Source: Dicyema japonicum
Lineage: Eukaryota > Animalia > Dicyemida
Assembly (NCBI GenBank): GCA_011109175.1
Contig: RDEW01000001.1
Span: 623,182 to 656,181 of the forward strand
Direction: 5' to 3'
Length of the DNA stretch: 33,000 nt
Numbering within the stretch: position 1 is the stretch's first letter; each line of letters opens with the position of its first letter. The notes below the pieces were generated by a model. It saw only the letters and a program-made list of their open reading frames with translations, did no database searches and was not told where the DNA came from. The position numbers were made by a program, and so were the translations under genes. Shown here one piece after another: positions 9,888-22,036 of the stretch.

Positions 9888-12662
9888 ATGAGTGACGTGG
9901 TATCCCCAATTTATAATTTTAGAAAGGAGTAAGAAAACTTGATAACAGAAGTCGAGACAATGGTACAATAATATGCTTATTAGGATGGCAAACGTCAACG
10001 AAGGGATGATTTCGACATAGATGAACATTTGGAGGGTCTAATCTCCCAAATCTCATACAAAGTATCAATTATCATCATTATAGGCTTCCTCTTCATTGGT
10101 AACCAACATCAAGAATCTAGCCCACGTCGTATCTCCCTTTATGACGGGCAATAGTGAAACTTTGATCAAAATTATCATTGATTGGTACCCACTTTATATA
10201 TTTCTAGTATCATAAATATGCCATTTAAAATGTGCATCTACACATCGTTTCTGGGTGTCCTTAACCTGGAGGACTCCCACTTTATGAACATGGTAATCTT
10301 ATTGAGTGAGGACTAGTTCATCGACGAATTCGTGAGGGAACTAAAGAACTGCTTAAGAAACAACGAATTCTCAAAGGCAACCATAATAGTATTGTTTGTT
10401 TGTATTTTCATGTTCAAACAATGGCTGATCTTGCCAATTGTAATGTTATCACGGAAAACTCAGTTCTCAGTCTATTCGACAACTTTCTGGAGGTTGTCTT
10501 CGAGGAAGGATGCTCTCAGAGTAGGAGTGACTGGTACTACCACTGTGTGATCTCTTCACTCCCTCTGGTTGATCCTTTATTTATTTCAGATTGGGTACAT
10601 CCTTAATGAGAGAAGACCCTCTGATTTTCAACGCCTCCTCAACACGATTGATAAATACATGAATAAAAGAAACACTGATCACGTGGTCTACCTGTCTGTA
10701 TGGGTAAACTCCTCCAGTGGTCACAAAGATGTGCAATTTTGTATGTATTAAGACATTGCAAGTCAATTGGAGTCAAATTCAGGACTTGGAGAGGGATCAC
10801 TGGAAGGAGGTTAATATCTGTCGTCCTTATGTTGAAATGGAGGCTGAGTTATCTCAGGGATCTCTTCATATATTGCCAGATATTGTCCCTCCCTCACACA
10901 GAGACTCTAATAGATATCCGCTGCCATCAGTAGTGTTCAGACTATTTGATTACAACGATGTCCCCCAAGGCTTGACTATTCCTGGGAGTTTGTCCATTGA
11001 GCGCTATTTAATCGACTTGGAGATCTCCAATATTATCGATAGTTACTTCCAAGATCCCCCAATTTGGTACTCATTATCATTATTGTAGTGCTGACATGTT
11101 ACTGAGTCTCCCTATACCCAAACACGTGGCTATTAACTATATAATTGATGAGGTACTATAAATTGTGCTATCTGTAGATATTAATCAGTAGAATGCTTTC
11201 CTGGCAGGTGAATAAACTCCCCGAAATGTTCTTTGGGTCTATTTGGATATTCCTGATAAAGAGGAACCCTACGGAGATGTCCCAAATAGTATAATTTGCT
11301 ATTAATGTCTAGTTAGCACAGGCAGTGTCAATAATATACAATAATATAGAATATATGAATATATCCAGCATTAATATGTTTTTGTTGGCCTCATTGTAGA
11401 ATGGCTCGATGGTTCTCCCATGCTTTGAGTAACTTTCATTATCGGTGGAACTGGATGGACTGGGCTGACTGTACTGAGGTTTCCAAGGATCACCCAAAGG
11501 CTGTGTTTGTGACTGAGACACTCAAATTGAGTTTAAGGTAGTCTGTGTTTATACTCTTGGTTGTCATATTACGAGAAGATCACTAATACAGTCCCCAATG
11601 TAATGTCCTCTTTGTGGCCATTACCCCCCGGCTGCATATACCTCTACCCTGAGAGTGATAACTCTGATTTGACTACAGCTTTTAACAGAGTGGAGTTATG
11701 CATTAAGAAGAAATGTCCGGTGGGTGAAATGTTGGATGTCCTGGATGATCTATTCCCTGATTCTAATAGTTTGGATGTGCTTATATTAGATGTAATGGAA
11801 AATGGGGATTCCAAGATTGAGGTGTTCTTTTCTACTTTGTTGTATATGGGTTCGAGTGCTATGAGTTTTACTTTTGCTGCTCTAACAAAGTATGTTAGTG
11901 TCCTCAGGAAGATTGTGATTGGTCATCGACAGAAGAATGTGTTGTTGAATACTCTCAGAAAGTGTTGGTGTCAGAATGAACAGGTTATGTGATTTATTAG
12001 TGTTAGATGATAGTGGTGGTTGTTGACAAAATGATCAGAATGGAGATTATAGACCACATATCCGTTATAAGTTGGATATTCGGGGATGGAATGGTGGATA
12101 ATCTGAGTTGCTTCTATGTTTGGGAGATAATCCACAGAACTATAAGACAAATTTCTAACAAATTGGACTCTAATCTGAAGAATTTGGAGAATCTGAGAGA
12201 TCGATATGACTCAAACGTAAAGAAAACTGTATTTCTGTGATTAATAGCAGTCAAACAGCGCTCTTATTGGTTATAACGATGATTTTGATAAAATACCTGA
12301 TCTCTCGACCTCTCGTATAAAACAACTGGAAGATGACTTGGAGAGTTCGAAGGATCTGCAGAAAAAGATCATTTATACTGTATTGCAGGTCATTTATGTC
12401 TTATTTTTAGAAAATTGTGACTATTTTGAGTAAATATATTGTTCGTTGTAATGAAGAGGATCTGGAAGTGGAGACATTCTGGTATAGGGGAATGATTGAA
12501 CGACTACAGGAGATATTCTTTGAGGTGGTTGAGTGTAGTGATTGATAGTATCAAGAACATACTCTTAAATATTTGCATAATCTTAAGTCATCTGTGTTCA
12601 CTAATGAGGTGGATGAGAGGATTCTCAACGTTTTCTACTCATTTAGTTCTCTTGAGGATTGA
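9888..12662 (+). CDS. NCBP1: Nuclear cap-binding protein subunit 1 (CBP80); at least 16 introns of 21-25 nt (9963-9983, 10062-10083, 10185-10207, 10293-10316, 10389-10411, 10568-10589, 10731-10752, 11067-11088, 11153-11177, 11289-11312, 11378-11399, 11538-11559, 11984-12006, 12229-12250, 12389-12410, 12525-12548); start is 9888 or 9960
   Basis: Collinear with animal CBP80 along its length: KRQRR NLS, DLANCNVI, RSDWYY..VISSLP, YPLPSVVFRLFDY, IPGSLSIERY, WFSHALSNFHYRWNWMDWADC, KIEVFFSTLL, MIVVVVDKMIR, FYVWEIIHRTIRQI, WYRGMIERLQEIF. Confidence 0.95.
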
Positions 12663-13059
12663 TTACTATTTTTGATAATTTTGTATTCGGCTTTATTTCA
12701 TTTAATGTCTGTAAATCATCAATTGATGATAAGGTTTGGTTGAAACTACTTAATTTCATGAAAAACTCAATGGGATGTTCTTTTTGTAAATATCAATATT
12801 TACATAATTGAGGTCTCCTAATTGATGTGTACTTTAAATTTCATATGTTTTAAGACATTACTTGAGATTTTAATGAAAACAATTTCCGTTTTAGAGTTAA
12901 GGGCTGCATCCATAACTGCTTAGCTATTACGTTTTTGGAATGATGGGAAAATATATTGAATAACCAATAGGGGTATCGAGGTCCCTTAAGTGGACTGAGA
13001 TTAGGTTTTTTGAAGAAATCGTAGGATGAGATTTAGAGAACTCCAGAGGTTTCACCAGC

Positions 13060-13900
13060 TAGGGGAACAAACGTCATCGGCAAGCCAGCATACTTCCGAA
13101 GCTGAAAGCACTCTGAAGAAAGTTATTTTAAGCGAAAGTGTCCATACTTCCCAAACCACATTTTGAAATATAAATTATATTTGAATCTAAAGATTGAATT
13201 GCCTCTGTTTATCATTGTCAAAATTAAAGCAGAAAATTTAACTTAGATCCTCCTGGTCACCATATCCACTTGATGAGTTAATGAAAGGAANTTATTTTAA
13301 GCGAAAGTGTCCATACTTCCCAAACCACATTTTGAAATATAAATTATATTTGAATCTAAAGATTGAATTGCCTCTGTTTATCATTGTCAAAATTAAAGCA
13401 GAAAATTTAACTTAGATCCTCCTGGTCACCATATCCACTTGATGAGTTAATGAAAGAAAATAATCCAGGATGACTCCAAGAATTGAGAGGGTCTTCTTAA
13501 TGGGAAGCGGGAAATCATACAATTTTATTTCTGGTGTCGCCTGTATTTCTTTTCGTGATGAGGTAAACATCGTAGCATGGGACTTTCCTGGTGATATATT
13601 TGGACGGTTTTTCAAAAACCAAAGACGCATGTTTAATATCTCTTTTATCGAATTTAAAGATTCTTTTAACTCAATGAATTGACGTATGGTCATAAAATAA
13701 TTTTAGAGACCGCTTTGACATAAAAGCAATCATTTAACATTAATTTATGCGAATCAAACTTTGATTTTTCATAATGAAAATAAATTTGATCTTTTAATCT
13801 TGAGATATGCCTTTGTGGTCTATATGAAAATTTGTTCAACATTCTCCCGCATCTCGTCGTAAAACAGTCAACTGTCTTTGCCAAGTTGTAGTTTTTGTTT
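13060..13900 (-). mobile_element. Decayed LINE reverse transcriptase fragment (I/Jockey-like, post-YADD/thumb region)
   Basis: ORF 13412-13693 has NISPGKSHATMF...LPIKKTLSILGVILDYFLSLTHQV, typical of the non-LTR RT C-terminal region. Boundaries approximate. Confidence 0.7.
13123..13459. repeat. Tandem duplication (about 169 bp) separated by a single N at 13291
   Basis: Near-identical copies either side of the N. Confidence 0.9.
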
Positions 13901-14169
13901 TAACAAGTCGCAATCCAGCAAACACAGTATTTTTAATATTGATAATGAGTTGTTCCCATGCATTAGCCACCTCTCTTTATTTTAGTCACTTTCAACAAAT
14001 GGTAGAGAATTGAGTCAGTTTCCTTAAACATTTATTTATATTGGACTTGTTTATGTCCAGATCTAAAAAACTGGAGAAGCATATATTCAGCTTTGTGACC
14101 GACAATACCTTTCCTTAGTTTATTTCCTTGTTGGTTAGTCGGAATAGACTTTTAGTACAAAGATAGCTC

Positions 14170-14452
14170 ACACCCGCTTTTTTGCTTTGAACAAGTTTAC
14201 AGTTTTTATTTTTGATTCGCTTGATTCTCGTCTCTACAACATTTTCTTTTAACACATTACTCCTCTTTAATAATTTCCTCGATATGGGAGTTTGTGCGAT
14301 CCATCGCTGTAGATGTGGAGGAAAAGGTCTCTTCCATCAAGGTTCATGAGATAACAGTTTGATATTATTAAAGAATTGGTAGCTAATCGTACTTGTTGAC
14401 TTTCTTCTGTCCTATTTGGGAGATCGGGTAAGTGATCTTGTAATAGAAGCAT
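14170..14452 (-). mobile_element. Non-LTR retrotransposon RNase H fragment
   Basis: LHIYSDGS matches the first RNase H catalytic motif (IYTDGS) of I-group LINEs. The rest is decayed. Confidence 0.5.
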
Positions 14453-14495
14453 TCTCCATAAGTATTAATAAAGTTATGTTTTCTTTACTAATATC

Positions 14496-14520
14496 TAGGG
14501 CAACCTGAAAATAGCAAATT
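14496..14520 (+). mobile_element. Left terminal inverted repeat of the same hAT-like family as 9040-9551
   Basis: TAGGGCAACCTGAAAATAGCAAATT is a near-perfect reverse complement of 9527-9551. Confidence 0.6.
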
Positions 14521-15335
14521 AAAAAAATCAATTGGTAATAACAGTGTCTGATCTTGCCCTCTCATATTTTCTGAGATGCTTTCCAAAACTCATCCAAAAA
14601 AGTAGTAAAAAATAGTGGAGATCGTCAGGGAAATGTGTTCTCAATTCTGAGATAATTATCGAATTTTTCTCACCAGTCTATATTCCATCCCCTAATGTAG
14701 AGGCAATTCTTTCGATCTTTTCCCTCTTCGATTTTTAAATCCAAATTAACACGTGGTATTTCTTGTTTCTTTTAATTCTTTTTCCCGATCATAGTGACAG
14801 TTTCCGCTCAACGTTCTCGGCTTTTTGAAGGTATCATTTGGAATTCTCTTCAAATATTACATCTTTTTTAGTCAACTAAGTATTTAAATCCCAGAAGACA
14901 CTAACCATTAAAAGGCACAGTCTCCCCGTGTTAGAAAAGGCCAAAATAATTTAAAATGAACTATGATTTGATTGGAATTAAACTCGGGAGAACATGCAGA
15001 TGATCCCAGAGTTAAAGAAAGTCTAAAATTGATTTTAGCAGAATGAGGTCACAATAGGTGGGGTTATGACTGTTTTAAATATTGCATTATAGTTGACATT
15101 AAAATCATAAATTGTCAAATCTCGAGCTCTGGAAATGTCATGTCTCACAAGAAATAGACAGACGCATGATGTGGTCATACAAATGTCAGAAAAGTTCTGA
15201 AAGTACATCAACTTTCAAATCTGATTAAACGACTATTTTGAATTATCTGACTCATCCTCTTATCCGTTCATAATTTATAGTATAATGGGAGAGGATGACA
15301 TATTAAAAATACTCCTATTTCAAGAAAAACGGAAC

Positions 15336-15660
15336 CTGACCAGCATCGTTTGGCTTCTACATTAACGAACGAAAGTGGTGCATGGCTCAGAGCATCACCA
15401 TGCTACTTCAATTGGACACTATTAGATGACGACTCCACTAGAATTTTGGTTCGCGTCCCCCTCGGAATGTATGTGGAGGAATGGTCGACGCAAAAGGTCT
15501 TAACGCTCTCTCCTCTGGAAGAAAGGAGTCTGGAAGAAATCCAAGACACAGTGCAATAAACGAAGTTATTGCGTGGGGAGTAGAAGCGCCGGATTTCCTG
15601 CCTGTTGGAGCCTCTCGGACTGACACCAGCCAACAAAAGAAGGTGGCTGATTGAACTCAT
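15336..15660 (+). mobile_element. CRE-like non-LTR retrotransposon C-terminal fragment
   Basis: HRLASTLTNESGAWLRASP...TLLDDDSTRILVRVPLG resembles the SGAWL.A.P...L.LRLG block that precedes the zinc knuckle/RLE of CRE-like elements. Confidence 0.6.
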
Positions 15661-16082
15661 TTCCTTGCAGATTTTATTAACCCCGAAATCACGAGAAAGC
15701 AGATCGTCAGGGTAAATGCATTCTCGAATCTGATAGTACCCACTAGTTGTTTAAATTATTATAATATACACTTCAATGATATTAAAAAAATTAATATAAC
15801 TAAAATTAGATTATAACTCATATCCTCTAGTCTTTCCACGTGTCTTCACTAATCAAGGTCACTATGAATGCAAAGGTATTTTAAAATGATTAAACAAGCT
15901 TACTTTGATAATATTATCGTTTATCCCTCAAGATCCAGCATTGATGACATTACACGTGAACAATCGTAATCCGGATGCGTCATATTCAAGGTCATATTAA
16001 ACAACTCCAAATCAAATCTTGAGGGTATTTTGGAATACAAAAGACCGTTCGAGAATGAAATGGAATAAAAATATCTAACGAT

Positions 16083-16517
16083 ATGCCAAATTTGCATAAA
16101 TTAGTGTATATAGACAGTTGGCGTAATGTTTTTGATTTACGTATTAATAAAATTAGAATTTTAATGACAGCCGATCGTTACCTTTGGTCTTCAGACACTG
16201 TGGATTCATTTCTCCCAAAGGAATTCGACAAGAGTTTACTTAAAGACACTTTTAACGTTAAACTTCCCCCATTGATTTCTTATTTCATCAATTTCAGTGA
16301 CCCCTCAGTTGATGCCTTGTCGAGTGAAGATAATCTGGAAACAAGGAAGAACGAGGATTCCCTTCTGAGAGTATTCGATACACTAATTTGCAATACAATT
16401 AACTGCAGCAAAGGAGAACGAACGAGAAGTAAAACAAGACTGAAACGACAAATGAAGAGGTGGGCTAAGGAAAGAGAAATTATTGTTAAATTATTTCCAA
16501 ATGATTACTTAACATGA
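16083..16517 (+). CDS. Hypothetical protein ORF (144 aa); probably part of a spliced gene spanning about 15865-16630
   Basis: Long stop-free frame in AT-rich DNA, with intron-like 23-25 nt GT-AG segments upstream. No full model or family could be established. Confidence 0.35.
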   Translation: MPNLHKLVYIDSWRNVFDLRINKIRILMTADRYLWSSDTVDSFLPKEFDKSLLKDTFNVKLPPLISYFINFSDPSVDALSSEDNLETRKNEDSLLRVFDTLICNTINCSKGERTRSKTRLKRQMKRWAKEREIIVKLFPNDYLT

Positions 16518-16689
16518 CTTTTAATACTTTTCATGTTAGTTTTTTGTTTAAGGATATTAGATTTTTGTGGAACATAACTCGTTTTATGTCAGGGCGTATA
16601 TCAAAGATTCATCAAAGTACAGGTTGAGTCAGCTGTATGAATGGGCAACATAAAAACTCCACTGACAAGGATCAATGGAACCGAAACTA

Positions 16690-16925
16690 CCTTACCTTTG
16701 GAAGTTTAAGTTCATCCGGCACTTTTAATATGGATAACATCTAAAGGAGAAAAACTTGACAATCTGACTTTATCCCTTCAAGACGACCACAAAACGACTC
16801 ATCTCTTCTTTTGCCTAGGGCTTAACTTTGACTTGAGTGACTTCTGGGACACCCACTCGCAGTTATTACTTTATTTTCAACCACCGGTTTTCTTCACTTA
16901 AGGAATCGGGGGTTAATAAAAACTC
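16690..16925 (+). mobile_element. Possible 3' end of an I/Jockey-like LINE
   Basis: HKTTHLFFCLG...LSDFWD resembles the end of a LINE C-terminal CCHC knuckle (T.HLF.C...LW), followed by an A-rich end. Confidence 0.35.
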
Positions 16926-17409
16926 AACGAAGCAGATCACTTAAAGAAAATAACTTTATTACATAAAAGAAGTAATCTGTATGAAACGTTAGAAAACCAT
17001 AGCCCTTACTAAATGCCATTCTCTCTAGACTGTGGGAAAGTAGGATGGAAGTCATCAAGTTTCTCTGAGATCACCAGAGCAAACTGAAATTAGACTTCCA
17101 AGCTATCTGAAAAAGGAAACATATTAACATAATTAACGTGGCGTCATATGGTCTCCCAGTTATGAAAGTTCTGGAGGCGCTCAGGGTGCACATGATGCAC
17201 AGCGAAAAAGGACCATTAGCTACCTCCCATTCGAAGAAGGACTATTCGGACGACGGTCTCATCCCTATCTAAATCCTCTTTGGGTGAATGGGTTTCTGAT
17301 AATTCTCGCAGTGACATTGAACTTAATCCAGGCTTCCCACTCTCAATTCTAACGGGCAAAAGAAATTTTAAACATCAACAGCCCAAAAGCTTTTTTTAAC
17401 AGAAAAAAG

Positions 17410-19120
17410 ACGGATCAGCACAGTCTTAACAAACTTATGAAATATTATGCCAGTGTAAACCACAAAACTTTCAGGAAATTGATGGGCCTTCTTTATCCTC
17501 AATGAGACCGAAGAGAACCCAGCTGATCGCCTTTATCTCAAATTCAGATGTCAGTAAGGGTTTGAAGATGATGATTCTTCCCTCCACGTGTGCCTGATTC
17601 TATCCCTGTTATCTTACTAAAACAACTTGGACCCATTGCGATTGATGCCAATATATTCCAAATATATGGAAACTGTCCTATATATGCCCAATCCTTAAGC
17701 CTGGTATGCCTAAGGACAATCATGCATCATTTCGACCAATCTCTTTACTATGCACTCAAAATTAGTGGAAAATTGATTCTTAGTCTTATAACCACGTCCC
17801 TTTTTTTTCATCCTCACAACATGGATTCAGATGGGGTTATTCAACTTCTACCCATCTCACTTCCCTCAAATAATTTATCCTTGAAGGCTTTAACACAAAT
17901 CCTCGCCACCTCAAAACAGTCGTTTGCTCGATCGATCTACAAAAGGACTTCGACTCTGTCTCTAGGAAAATCATAACTCGAAAATAGTTTGGCCTCTCCG
18001 TCAACCCCAATATAAAGCTTTGGCTTGCTAACTTCATTAATGGAAGGGTTCAGGTATACATTGATGGGACCAACAGTTTCAAGATTACTACCCAATGGTG
18101 TCCCACAAGGTTCCTCCTTTATCACCCACCTTATTTAACTTATACATGTCCGATTTACACAACCCGATAATAAAGACGATTNTCTCCAAGAAAATCATAA
18201 CTCGAAAATAGTTTGGCCTCTCCGTCAACCCCAATATAAAGCTTTGGCTTGCTAACTTCATCAATGGAAGGGCCCAGGTATACATTGATGGGACCAACAG
18301 TTTCAAGATTACTACCCAATGGTGTCCCACAAGGTTTTTCCTTTATCACCCACCTTATTTAACTTATACATGTCCGATTTACACAACCCGAAAATAAAGA
18401 CGATTTCCTCCTATCATATGCTGATGACCTATTAATCGGATCTCGCGATCAAGATTCCCTAAAGGTATCAGAAAGATTACAAGAATACAAGATTCAAATT
18501 TGGCTAAATTATAACCGGCTTGATATATTACTGGAAAATCTTCGTCCTTATTTACTTCAGACAAACTACTTAGACAAATGGATATATTTATCAACCAGAC
18601 AAAAATAGCTTTCACTAAGAAACTGAAAATCTTGGGGATCACTTTCGACACACACACATGTCCTTTTCATCTCATGTCGACGGCATCTATGGAAGCTCAA
18701 GAAAGCTAGGGATAATCAAATCTATTTTCTGTGGCATTAAAACCCCTTTCCAAGCTTTGAAATTGTTTTACAAACAATTCATTAAGCCATCTGTCAGCTA
18801 TGTCTGTACGTCATGGAAATCAATCTGTCCTGGACAAACAAAGAATCCGCGACATTCAGTCCTTAACAGCCTCTACCATTAGTAACCTCGGGAAACTTAA
18901 AAAACTAATTTTCTCTTCACTTGAAGACATTATCCGATAAAATGGAAAGGGATTTGCTACCCTATGTAGAGAGTGCAACTATCAATAATACACAGCCACG
19001 ACTTGTCTTATGAGAAGGGTATACATCACCCCTCTCCAATTTCTATTCCCCAAGCCACCCCGCCCACAGAGAAGTTGTGTGGATCCCATAAGGCGCACGA
19101 GAAGAAAATGAGAATTCTGC
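17410..19120 (+). mobile_element. Decayed I/Jockey-like LINE, reverse transcriptase domain with frameshifts
   Basis: LPNGVPQGSSLSPTLFNLYMSDL, LLSYADDLLIG (YADD at 18417-18428), KILGITFD and FYKQFIKPSVSY. Segment 17221-17480 is near-identical to 32735-33000. Confidence 0.88.
17966..18402. repeat. Tandem duplication (about 220 bp) with a single N at 18182
   Basis: Copies differ by a few substitutions. Confidence 0.9.
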
Positions 19121-19450
19121 CTTCGAGATCACTTAATTAATTTAGTGACAGCAATTAACTATTGTTGTTCTTGTGTTAATAACATTAGTCAAAATTAAAG
19201 CTCAACGTGTAAAGAAACAGTAGGAATTGCTATGGACGATAGGAATTNAGCCACCCCGCCCACAGAGAAGTTGTGTGGATCCCATAAGGCGCACGAGAAG
19301 AAAATGAGAATTCTGATAGAGGCCTTCGAGATCACTTAATTAATTTAGTGACAGCAATTAACTATTGTTGTTCTTGTGTTAATAACATTAGTCAAAATTA
19401 AAGCTCAACGTGTAAAGAAACAGTAGGAATTGCTATGGACGATAGGAATT
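19053..19450. repeat. Tandem duplication (about 196 bp) with a single N at 19248
   Basis: Second copy has a 7-nt insertion. Confidence 0.9.
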
Positions 19451-19619
19451 ACCAGGCACTATGAAAACCACCTCCGTTGGTGGAGGTCACTGAATCCTCC
19501 ATCAACCGCATTCTTAACTTCTTATTTATTCTTCCAACCATTTAGGTTTCAAGATTAAACGGAAACAATCTTAAGGGCTAAGTATATCTTCAGTTTCCTC
19601 CGTTCGGCAGAGTCTGAAT

Positions 19620-20110
19620 TTGGGGAGACAGAATGAACTGTCGATGGAAAATGTGGAGCAGTTACTAAGGCAATGGATGTCATATCCCACGAAAGAGAAC
19701 TATGAGATATTTTGAAAAATCATCATTCCATCTCCGACTCAAGGTTCAATGGTCATCTGACTCCATTATCTAGTCGAGAGCAGTGTGTTTGGAGAACTTA
19801 CTGGCTTTCTTCCTCCAGTAATAAGTATAAATCCCCATTTGATCTACCTCCGACTCAAGGTTCAATGGTCATCTGACTCCATTATCTAGTCGAGAGCAGT
19901 GTGTTTGGAGAACTTACTGGCTTTCTTCCTCCAGTAATAAGTATAAATCCCCATTTGATCTATCATCGTCCCACAAAGACACATGTGAAGTTTGCAAACA
20001 TCGTCCCCGAGACGCATGCAGATACTCTCGTTGTCCAGTTTCAAAACTCGAGAGTGGGTAAGCGTTGCCAACATCAGCTGTCCTCAATGCACGGTACCCG
20101 GAAACTGTGC
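19620..20110 (-). mobile_element. CRE-like non-LTR retrotransposon C-terminal fragment (zinc knuckle region)
   Basis: LKLDNESICMRLGDDVCKLHMCLCGTMIDQMG...KFSKHTALD matches the LRLG..C..H.C.CG..D..G.H...RH..N pattern. Same region of the element type seen at 15336-15660. Confidence 0.6.
19732..19962. repeat. Tandem duplication, 116-bp period
   Basis: Two copies starting CTCCGACTCAAGG. Confidence 0.9.
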
Positions 20111-20195
20111 TGATTGAGACTTTTTATTCAGCTTCCTGCGGGAGGTTTTGTAGGTAACCTCATTTCTCTAGTTTATCTTCGTAAACGCAAACCCC

Positions 20196-20379
20196 GGTTT
20201 CTACGGATAAATTGTTACGTTAGATTTCATTGCAATAAATCGAGCCATTTCTCAGCTTCCGCCTTACTTGGCCTTCGGTCTCCTGGAGGTTTCTACGGAT
20301 AAATTGTTACGTTAGATTTCATTGCAATAAATCGAGCCATTTCTCAGCTTCCGCCTTACTTGGCCTTCGGTCTCCTGGA
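20196..20379. repeat. Tandem duplication, 92-bp period
   Basis: Two copies starting GGTTTCTACGGATAAA. Confidence 0.9.
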
Positions 20380-20853
20380 AAATGCAAGAAAATAGTGGTC
20401 ACACAAAAATGGTTTTTGGGGTGACAGAGAAGTGGTCTACAAACAAAAAGAGCGTGACACTGACAGGCTCTAAGAACGGGTGAGGTCTGATCCAACGTGA
20501 TTAGGAGACGATTCGACCCCAACGAGTTTGCTTAGAATCAGGAGACGAGCATCAAGCTGAGAGCCCTAATCAAGATTACTTTGTTTTTCGGGATAACGGT
20601 GGTCTTGAAATAAAAATTTAATTAAAAAGTCCTTAGTGTAGAATCCAGTGATCCAAGGATGTCAGAGAGGCTGAAAGTATGACATCGGGGTCAAGCAGTC
20701 TCAGTCTTTGGGACATTAACCGATATAATTTTCGTTCAAGAGGATCCTTTAGTTTATCGAGATGATCAGAATATGCTAATGATAATATTGTCGATTAACT
20801 AATTCTCCATGAATAATAGAATAAATTAAAATGTCAATTTATTTTAGAACGAA

Positions 20854-22036
20854 TTAGTAGCAATTATGAAATATTTCCCTATTATTCAGTTTCCAGCCTT
20901 GTTGAGTCAACACTTTTATTAATATGTTATTTTGGTTTAATCTGCTCAAATTTTCATTTTTTATTTCATTTAAAATTCTCATAATGCTTTGAAACCGACT
21001 AGGGTTTTCTGTAAAATTCTCAATTTCATAATTTTCGAACTTTGAAGTAATCATCTTCAAACTTTCTTCCATCTTTTCATAATTCTCCAATTTTATCATT
21101 TTCCCTTCGGAATTGCAGATCTCTAAAAGTCACCAACATAGACTGCCTGGTTTGAAAAACATGACAGCGAATATAAATTCGACTTCAATCTCATTCAAAT
21201 CAAACTTTATCAAAGTCTTAATGGTTCCGTTGACTCCCTCAATGTCCCCCTGTTCGGAATAATCCAAATCTCAAATAACAGCGAGCTATACTCTTAATAA
21301 ATGAATTGATTGTGATTTTCAGTTTGATGGCTGTGATGATTAGAATGTCAACCAGTCCATGTCTTACTAATAAAAACTGATCCTGCGAGTTTTGGTTCAA
21401 AAACAGTGGAGTCATCATTGTCCACTTTAGACGAATCACAAAACTCACATAAAAAGCATTTTGACAGTCCTGGAATCCCGAAAGCCAACGAAACTTAAAT
21501 TAATAAAATCTTATACATTCGTGAAATTGTTGAAATCCTTATTTTGGAACAAAAATAAGTCAGAACTCACAAAACTCTGCAGACAAAACTTTGATGGAAC
21601 AGACATTTGACTTATTTCCCTCTCCTTTTTAACCGTTCTTGGTCCTCGTTCATTTTGGACGGCTGAATCTTCAAAAATAAATGCACCATTTTTATTCATC
21701 CCAGCCTGCAAGCATCTCTTCAACCTGCACGCTCTGCAGTGATTTCTACTTGCACGTGTCATCTGACATTCCCCATTTCTGGACTTGCAAACATATTCCT
21801 GTTTTCTTCTAATCGTTCGCTTGCATAATGTAAATGAGGTACCTTGAAGAATCCAGCACATCTAAACTAGAATTAAATCGGTACCCGTCGCAAGTATAGA
21901 TTCCGTAGTGTTTTCCTGAAGAATAGTCGCCACAGACACCACAGAGGACATCAAATAGAATCCTCTCCTTGGAATTTTCAGTGGAATTGTTAGGGTTCTC
22001 GTTCATGATGATTAGATCATTAACTTGTGTTGCCAT
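20854..22036 (-). CDS. tll: Nuclear receptor NR2E tailless/TLX-like; introns 21862-21884, 21820-21842, 21663-21686, 21494-21516, 21270-21291, 21123-21143 (or GC-AG 21123-21146)
   Basis: [34 protein letters not shown]...[36 protein letters not shown] has the tailless-type P-box CDGCAG and T-box. LBD is very divergent ([27 protein letters not shown]). First exon is duplicated at 22042-22167 (alternative ATG 22157). Confidence 0.88.
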
